From positions 128,001-192,000 of the forward strand of contig CP136572.1 of assembly GCA_035193785.1 (NCBI GenBank): DNA of 64,000 nucleotides, given 5' to 3'. The stretch comes from Planktothrix sp. GU0601_MAG3 (GTDB lineage: Bacteria > Cyanobacteriota > Cyanobacteriia > Cyanobacteriales > Microcoleaceae). The notes under the pieces were generated by a model. The model did not search any database, was not told where the DNA came from, and was given only the letters and a program-made list of their open reading frames with translations. Numbering within the stretch: position 1 is the first letter of the stretch; every line of letters starts with the position of its first letter. The translations under genes were made by a program, and so were the position numbers. Positions 56,287 through 64,000 of the stretch are shown here, in pieces.

Positions 56287-57075
56287 ATGACAATGCAACC
56301 AGATTTTTCATCTCTATCTATGCCACAACCTGTGCCAATGTCCACAGGGACTGCAACTTCTTTGGTGGGGGTCAATATTATTACGATTACCCAAAAAGAT
56401 GTCAATAGAAAGGGTGAATATATTGGAACAACTGGCCCTGATTATATTGAAGTCTCTCCGTTTCTCGCCCCCTTTAACTTTGCAATTTATGGTTTAGAAG
56501 ATCAGGATACCCTATCGGGGGGGGCTGGAGATGATAGTTTATTTGGGGGAAAAGGAAACGATTCTTTAATAGGTTTAAATAGCAATGATATTATCCAAGG
56601 AAATTTAGGTGCGGATTATATTAATGGAGGAGATGGGGATGATTCTGTTTATGGAGGACAGGGAAATGATACCCTTTTGGGTTCGGCGGGAAATGATTAT
56701 CTGGCGGGGGATAAGGGAGTAAATCAGTTAACCGGAGGATTTGGATTTGATAACTTTTCTATTCGTGCTTTTCCTTCCGAGAATACAGGTTCTTTATCCA
56801 GTTTTATTCCTGCTAATGCGGATATAATTACGGATTTTACCCCGGGAGAAGATGTTATGATTATTAGTGGAGTTCCCTCTTTTGCTCAGTTGAATTTAAC
56901 CTCTATTCCCCCGGAAGCCGTGGGAGGATTATTCCCCAGTATTGAACGTACCCTGGGCGGTGGAACTTTAATTGAAGTTCAAGCCACAGGTCAAATTATT
57001 GGCTTTTTAGAAAATATTCAACCCCAACAATTATTAACATCTTCCTTTATCTTTTTACAGACTCCTGGAGGTTAG
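56287..57075 (+). CDS. RTX/hemolysin-type calcium-binding protein
   Basis: GGxGxDxLx nonapeptide repeats, DIITDF. Confidence 0.85.
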   Translation: MTMQPDFSSLSMPQPVPMSTGTATSLVGVNIITITQKDVNRKGEYIGTTGPDYIEVSPFLAPFNFAIYGLEDQDTLSGGAGDDSLFGGKGNDSLIGLNSNDIIQGNLGADYINGGDGDDSVYGGQGNDTLLGSAGNDYLAGDKGVNQLTGGFGFDNFSIRAFPSENTGSLSSFIPANADIITDFTPGEDVMIISGVPSFAQLNLTSIPPEAVGGLFPSIERTLGGGTLIEVQATGQIIGFLENIQPQQLLTSSFIFLQTPGG

Positions 57076-57076
57076 T

Positions 57077-58172
57077 TTATGTGATTAAATCTGAATTGTA
57101 GGTTTCTCCATCACTTAAGGGTAAAGAGATTTCAACGAGAGTTCCTTGATTTTTTCCAGGACTGACTAATTGAATTCTACCTCCCATCATTTCGACTAAA
57201 TTTTTGGAAATCGCTAATCCTAATCCGGTACTTCCTAGGGCGTGAGTGTGAGATTTATCCTCCACAACAAAGGGTTGAAATAGTTTTTCTTGGATTTGAG
57301 GTGAAATCCCAACTCCCGTATCTTTAACCGTAATCACAGCCATTTCTTCACTCTCTTGTGTTTGAGGATGATTACCCTGGCGGATTTCTGTGCTAATTGA
57401 AATACTCCCTCGGTCTGTAAATTTAATCGCATTCCCAATAATATTAATGAAAATTTGTTTGAGTTTTGTTGGGTCTGCTTTAACCTTAATTCGGTGAGAA
57501 TAGTCCTGTTTATAGAGTCGTAATCCTTTTTGACGAATATTAGAAAATTGCAGGTAAATAGCAGCCGTTAAACAGGCTTGTAAATCAATGGTTTTAATGT
57601 CAAAAGAAATTCGACCTTCTTCAATTCGAGCTAAGTCTAAAACCTGATTAATTAACGTTAATAGATGCAGGGAAGAATCATGGGCTTGTTTTAAAAATTC
57701 TAGTTCTTCATCTCGATTATCACATAAACCATCCAATAGAAGTTGTAAGGAAACCAATAATCCCATTCATCGGTGTTCTTAACTCATGGGATGTTTGCCT
57801 AAGAAAATCATCTTTTCGATGATTCATCTCCTCTAAAACTTTATTTTTAGATTCAACCCTGTTACATTTTTCAACCGCTGTTTTCAGTTGTTTTTCCAGG
57901 TCATATTTTGCTAGTATAAACCCTTCTTTTGTCTGTCGCAATAGTTCCTCTAAGGAAGCATTTTTCTGTTTTAACTGTTGCAGATTTTGATAATAAATTA
58001 ACGCCATTAGAGAACTTAAAAAAGCCACTAATAGGGAAGCAATCGGTATGAATACAGTTAATACCGAAAAACTGTGAGCAAGATAAGCCATAACTCCCAA
58101 TGCTATCAAAACTGTTATAGCAATTGGCACTCCCCACTTTAGCTCCATTGATTGTCTGAGCTTTTGCCCCAT
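57077..58172 (-). CDS. Membrane-anchored histidine kinase (+1 frameshift at 57750-57754)
   Basis: Two TMs, coiled coil, SHELRTPMN, NAIKFT, DTGVG, GSTGLGL. Confidence 0.88.
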
Positions 58173-58340
58173 ATATTATACCCACCAGTCGCTCCAAAGG
58201 TTTAATTTTAGCGATCTTAAAACTTCCCCTTCTATGCTATCTTGCAAAGTTGATTTTGAAATCCTTCTTTTACCTGGGACAAAAATCTTAATAACTGAGT
58301 ATCAAATCATAATTAAGCCCTGAAGGGCTTACTACAAGGA

Positions 58341-58374
58341 AAAACCTGGTTTCTTAAAAAAGAAGCCAGGCTTT
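58341..58374 (-). terminator. Probable fbaA terminator
   Basis: Stem CCTGGTTTCTT/AAGAAGCCAGG, followed by a T-run on the minus strand. Confidence 0.55.
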
Positions 58375-58422
58375 CAATTCATCAAATTAGATGCTTTAAA
58401 GCTAAAATTGAGAGTCGATTAA

Positions 58423-59503
58423 CTAAACAGCAACAGCCTTTTTAGTAGTAGCACCCAATTCACCTTTAGCGTACTTAGCTGCAAACTCATCTAAAGTTTG
58501 AACTTTGATCTTATCTGCATTACCCGCAGAACCAAATTGATTATAACGATCCGCACAAACTTGCTTCATATATTTGATAGAAGGCTTCAGGAAGTGACGG
58601 GGATCAAAGTTAGAAGGGTCTTTGAAGGCTGCTTCCCGGAAGGCGGCGGTAATGGCTAAACGGTTGTCAGTATCAATATTTACTTTCCGCACACCGCTCT
58701 TGATTCCTTTTTGGATTTCTTCCACAGGAACCCCGTAGGTTTCAGGGATCTGACCACCGTACTGATTGATCAATGCTAACAGATCTTCAGGAACGGAGGA
58801 AGAACCGTGCATGACTAAGTGAGTATTCGGTAAGCGACGGTGAATTTCTTCAATGCGGCTAATGGCCAGAATCTCACCCGTCGGTTTCCGGGTGAATTTG
58901 TAAGCTCCGTGACTGGTGCCAATAGCGATCGCTAAAGCATCCACTTGGGTACGTTCTACGAACTCCACGGCTTGGTCGGGGTCAGTTAACAACTGTTCCA
59001 TCGTCAATTTCCCTTCTGCACCGTGACCATCTTCTTTGTCACCTTGCATGGTTTCCAGGGAAACCTAAACAACCCAGTTCACCTTCAACGCTAACCCCAA
59101 TGGAGTGAGCCACTTTCACCACTTCTAAGGTGACAGCCACGTTATATTCAAAGCTGGCAGGGGTTTTACCATCGGCTTCGAGGGAACCATCCATCATCAC
59201 GCTAGTGAAGCCATGACGCATGGCAGAATAGCAGGTGGCGGGAGAGTTGCCGTGATCTTGGTGCATGGCAATGGGGATGTGGGGATAGGTTTCCACCGCC
59301 GCTAAAATTAGGTGGCGTAGGAAGCTTTCACCAGCATATTGACGAGCACCGCGAGAAGCTTGCAAAATCACAGGGCTATTGGTTTCTTGAGCAGCCTGCA
59401 TAATGGCTTGGATCTGCTCCATGTTATTCACATTGTATGCAGGAAGTCCATAATCATTTTCAGCCGCATGATCCAGCAAAAGCCGCATGGGTACGAGCGC
59501 CAT
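58423..59503 (-). CDS. fbaA: Class II fructose-bisphosphate aldolase (+1 frameshift at 59060-59064)
   Basis: [57 protein letters not shown]. Confidence 0.97.
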
Positions 59504-59634
59504 AAAATTGCCTCCTAAGTTGTTGTTTTGTAAATTTGTTCCGAGATCGTAACTAATTAAAACAATATTAAGACAATTTGGTAATTTCCGGTGGCTCTGA
59601 TCAGAAATTTGTTATTTTTTTAGGGAACATTGGA

Positions 59635-59713
59635 AGGGGGCAGGGGGAGCAGGGGGAGCAGGGGGAGCAGGGGGAGCAGGGGGAGCAGGGGAAGCAGGGG
59701 AGGCAGGGAGGGG
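59635..59713 (+). repeat. (GGGGGAGCA)n array
   Basis: Read directly from the sequence. Confidence 0.9.
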
Positions 59714-59862
59714 AATAGTGCTATGTCAACATTCAACAGGGCTTCAAAACCGTAGTAAGCCCTTCAGGGCTTCAATCTTGTAGCAACACTTAAACATTAT
59801 TAAATTTCTCTACAAACAGATAATTAAATGATGAGTAACTCATCATTATCACACCTTAGAAA

Positions 59863-59934
<72 letters not shown>

Positions 59935-59968
59935 GCGTGTTTTTTACTTTTCTCACGCACAGTTTCTA

Positions 59969-59997
59969 ATAGTAACACAACATTCTTGGGTTGACAA
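59969..59997 (-). promoter_or_regulatory. tRNA-Lys promoter
   Basis: Minus strand TTGTCA-N17-TACTAT. Confidence 0.7.
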
Positions 59998-60005
59998 GGG
60001 GTTAT

Positions 60006-60900
60006 TCAAAAAAATGTGGCACTCAGGTGAACGAGCATCTCACAACTGGCTCCAGGCTTGAGATAGGTCAATAATTTTCCCGTGTTCATGGCATTGCGGG
60101 GGGCTGTCCAAGGTTCCAAACAATAGTAGTCCTTACCCTTGATTGTCCAATACACCACACTGGAATAGGCGGCACTATAGCCAAGAATAATTTTAGAGCG
60201 ACGGCCGTGGTCAATGGTGGTGGTGGCCAACCCGGTCAGGGGGTTAAACAGTCCATCGATTTCCTCCTCCAAGGGATCAAACCGTCCCGTAAACACATGG
60301 GTTTTCTGGCTACGTTGATCTCGGTACTGCATCGCTGGAATCTCAAACGCCAACTGCTCCTTATCCTGGGCTAAAAAATAAGGATGTAACCCCGTGGAGA
60401 AGGGCATAGTCTGGGCGGGTAGACTATCCATGGTTTCCGCAGAGGTTCGTATAACGTTGGAAAATCTGTAGGGATTTACCCTTGAGGGTATAGGTAAACT
60501 CCACTTCAAAATCAAAGGGATAGACCGAACGGGTTTGGGGATTGCTGGTCAAGACCAAGGTAATCGAGGCCCCCTGAATGGTCGCCTGTTGAGCTACTGT
60601 CCAGGGCAAATTTCGAGCAAAACCATGTTGTTTGAGGTGATACTTTTGACCCTGATAGGTGTAGGTATCATCGGGTAAATTCCCACAGATGGGGAATAAA
60701 ATCGGGATTCCGCCCCGTACCGTTAACTCAGGATTAGCAAACCGTTCACTGTCCAAATACAGTAAGTCCTTACCCTCGACTTGCCAACGGGTAACGATTC
60801 CGCCCCTTTCGGGCACAACTTCTAAGCTCGACTGGGTAGTCGGGTCGGACAGGACGTAGGTTTTATATTGTTGATGGGGCTTTAGTGCGATCGCAAACAC
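60006..60900 (-). CDS. Aldose 1-epimerase family protein (+1 frameshift, best placed at 60433-60437)
   Basis: RGGIPILFPICG, QHGFAR, GLHPYF, YCLEPW. Confidence 0.9.
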
Positions 60901-60967
60901 AGTAATAGTTAGGAATAAATAAACTTGGGACAGGCAAACAAATTCACCAGGGGTGACCGTTAGGATC

Positions 60968-62999
60968 TTAGCCTATGGCTTGATCAAACTCTCGATGTTT
61001 CAAGGGAAGATCAATTTCAGCGTGAGATCCCTTTTCCCCTTTCCCGACAGAAACTTCTGATTCCGTTGTTACAGATTGCTGTTTAGGAATAGCAATTTGA
61101 AACGAGATTGGGGAACTAGAACCCCTGTAACTCTGGGTGTTGGGGACGGGAGCTTGGGGAAAAGAAGGCAGGGAAATAAACGGCTCTTTAATAAAAGGTT
61201 GATCAATATAGGGTTTGAGATCATCCTGGGTTTCCGTTTTAGTTTCCAATTTAGGAGGTAAGGGGGGTTCGGTCTGTGATATAGACCCCGACGGCTTAAT
61301 AACTGGAGACTGCATCGGTTCGGAGAACAAGGTTTTCGACGGTTCCGATGGGAGCATCTCCGTCAGTGTAGATGGACTTTCTGGCTCCGTTTCCGTCACC
61401 TGGGGTAAAGTTGGTTCTACCGTTGGGGTTAAGGCGGCATCCACCCGTTTAAGCTGTCGTTGTGGGGTGTCTAAGACCACGGAGGACTGCATGGGCTGAT
61501 CAAAAATTTGGGAGAGTCGCCCCACCCGCTTAAGAATATCCTCGCCTTTTTTCGTCGATATTACCTTAGCTTGATATTGGGTTACTTCTACGGGTAAAAA
61601 CTCCACCTTCATTTGATGGTTGGCGTTTAGGGCAACTCTAAGCACGGCCGTTTCATAGTCCGCGCGACTATTCCCCCCAAAAATAAAATTCCCCAGGGAG
61701 TAAACAATCGGCCGACCTTTATAAATTTCTGCACCTTGTAAAGTATGGGGATGATGGCCAATTACCACATCGGCCCCTTGATCGATCGTAAATCGGGCTA
61801 GGTCAATTTGCCAGTCCCCCGGATATTCCGCCAATTCCACGCCCCAATGGTAGTTAACTACCACCCAATCCACCTGATCTCGGATGGCCTTAATATCGGC
61901 GGCTACTCGCTGATCATAACGGGGATTGGTTCCGGCTAAATTCTCGGTAGCTGCATGAAAGTCGGCATCATAATAGCCTAAATAGGCAATCCGTTGACCT
62001 TTAACTTCAATAATCGTGGGCCGCCGAGCTTCTTTAATATCTCGACCTGCTCCCACGGTCTTAATTCCCGCTTGGTCTAAAGTTGCCATGGTTTCCACTA
62101 GCCCCGGTTCCTCATAGTCCATCGTATGATTATTGGCAAGATTGACAATATCAATTCCCCCTTCTGTTAATACCTTGACGGCCTCTGGATCGGCTTTAAA
62201 ATTAAACTGTTTGTTGGGACGGCGTAAGGTAGAACGGGTGAGGGGATTTTCTAAATTCACCATGGCCAGGTCGGCATCCTGATATTCCGGGAGTTGGGCA
62301 AAGGGTAGGGAGTAGTTCGTCCCAATCACATCTTCAAAGTGGTCGGACAGGGTGACGTCTCCCCCAAATACTAAAGTCACCGTGGGATCTTGGGGATTTT
62401 TGACCTGTTTCCTGTTGCAGCACTGGAACCACTTCTAGGGCGGCTTGGACGGTATCAGACCGTTTGGGTGGTGCTGCGACCAGGGCTATATTTTCTTGGG
62501 CTGGATTTTTCGGTAGGGGGAATACCTCGGCCCTGACTTCGTAATAACTCACCCAACAGCCCAAAACAAAGGCGGAAACGGCCGAACCCATGAGAAACAT
62601 CAACCGCAGGGTTTTAAATTTAATCCCGTCCAGATTTAACCACCGTCGGTATGTTTGTCCCCGATAAACCTGATTGGCCGGAGTTACCAGTCGCACCGAT
62701 TGTTTCCAGAGAATCTCTCCATCCCCTTGATACCTGGCGGCAATTTTTACTCCTTCTAGGTTAGGGGCGTTGAGTTTCCACAGCAGGTGACAGATAAACT
62801 TAACAATGCCCTCGGCCATGGGTTCCTGCTGGAACTCGACGAGGACGGGTAAACAGCCTTTACGGTCGGGGGGCGCGACCCTGGCTGAGATGCCTTCGGG
62901 TTTGAGATAGGTATTAATTAAATCGCTAATTGCCCTTAAGTCTCCAGTCCGGGCTAATTCAAAAATAGAAGGTTGGCCTAAATATTCCGCATAAACCAT
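60968..62999 (-). CDS. CapA (PGA_cap) family metallophosphoesterase with N-terminal extension and TM (+1 frameshift at 62407-62411)
   Basis: GGDV, NLENP, LANNHTMDY, HWGVE, GHHPH, YSLGNF. Confidence 0.88.
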
Positions 63000-63201
63000 A
63001 AAAATACTATCCTGTCCCTTAGAAATTTTGCTTGCAGTTCAGTCTAAATAGTAAAAATAACCCTAACCGCCGACCATGGCGAGTGGTTGATGATTAGATT
63101 TAATGGTTTTAACATAATGCCTCTGCATAACGCTAGAACTTTCTGGTGAAAAGTTTAACAGGTATCCTGAGCATGGGAAAATCTTTCTGGTGTTTCAAAA
63201 A

Positions 63202-63434
63202 TAGGGAACAGGGAATAGGGAATAGGTAATGGGTAATGGGTAATGGGTAATGGGTAATGGGTAATGGGTAATGGGTAATGGGTAATGGGTAATGGGTAAT
63301 GGGTAATGGGTAATGGGTAATGGGTAATGGGTAATGGGTAATGGGTAATGGGTAATGGGTAATGGGTAATGGGTAATGGGTAATGGGTAATGGGTAATGG
63401 GTAATGGGTAATGGGTAATAGGGAACAGGGAACA
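63202..63434 (+). repeat. (GGGTAAT)n, about 27 copies, flanked by AGGGAAC/AGGGAAT heptamers
   Basis: Read directly from the sequence. Confidence 0.95.
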
Positions 63435-63601
63435 CCGGATATGGGTAGAGGATTTGTAATTAATTTTGTTTAGGTAGTTATAATCATCATCATCTATTTC
63501 TTCCCTTATTTTTCTTCCCTTATTTTTGTTTAATTCCCACTAAAAATCCTCAGTAATGGGGATTGAGAATTAAAATTATTTCTTAATCTTCCCAGAATTA
63601 A

Positions 63602-63642
63602 CGGCTATCATTCTCCGACAATAACTCAAAGAATGATAGCCG
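63602..63642. other. 13-bp perfect inverted repeat downstream of urtA
   Basis: CGGCTATCATTCT (63602-63614) / AGAATGATAGCCG (63630-63642). Confidence 0.6.
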
Positions 63643-63747
63643 AAAATATCAATTATCTTTGGCTATTTTGCACCTAATTTTTTGCAAATGAAACAGCACC
63701 TGGGCTTTTTTCGGGGGGGATCTAAATCCAGAATTAAAATTGATTAA

Positions 63748-64000
63748 TTATGTCGCTTCCATTTTGTATTTTTCCCCTTTTTTGGGATCAGTCCAGTCAC
63801 AACCAAAGCCCTTTGTAGCGGGTACAAATTGGTTCCAGGGAATCGGATCAACTGGGCCTTCTGTTGCCCAAACAATATTAAATAATCCATCATCCCGTAC
63901 CTGTCCCATCCGCACGGTTTTAGAAATATGATGGTTGGGGAACATCGTCACTTTGCCTTCAGGGGCATCGAAAGTTTGACCGATAGCTGCCAATCTAACC
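63748..64000 (-). CDS. urtA: Urea ABC transporter substrate-binding protein, C-terminal part
   Basis: GQTFDAPEG, NHHISKTVR.G.VRDDGLF.IVW, P.PWNQFV..TKG..CDW.DP. Confidence 0.85.
   Translation of the reverse strand, partial: VRLAAIGQTFDAPEGKVTMFPNHHISKTVRMGQVRDDGLFNIVWATEGPVDPIPWNQFVPATKGFGCDWTDPKKGEKYKMEAT

Noticed and set aside
63133..63435. (PITHYPL)n ORF
   Set aside because: Translation of the heptamer repeat.

Overview
Chromosomal window from a filamentous cyanobacterium. HIP1 GCGATCGC sites, heptamer tandem repeats and phycobilisome genes point to Oscillatoriales, probably Planktothrix-like (inference). It holds nutrient-acquisition genes (hpxO, amt1, an Amt-histidine kinase fusion, ssuADCBE, arylsulfatase, nblA, pstSCAB, urtA), housekeeping genes (argS, bioB, bioY, lspA, PBP1A, fbaA, tRNA-Lys), a Yfr2-family ncRNA and several MITE/REP-like elements. 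An accessory block at about 40.3-48.4 kb is the strongest candidate for an undescribed system. It carries a ~1,690-aa fusion of WD40 repeats, eight Ig-like repeats and a complete RNA polymerase alpha subunit with a tandemly duplicated alpha-CTD. This gene is divergent from an HNH-like/transmembrane gene, which abuts a type II restriction-modification pair. A second major observation is that all 31 frameshift junctions I reconstructed can be repaired by reverting GAAAC/GTTTC to GAAC/GTTC. That 4-mer is the canonical Dnd phosphorothioation motif, suggesting the split genes are modification-induced sequencing errors rather than pseudogenes. Split ORFs are therefore reported as merged genes. All family calls come from manual motif recognition; no database search was run.
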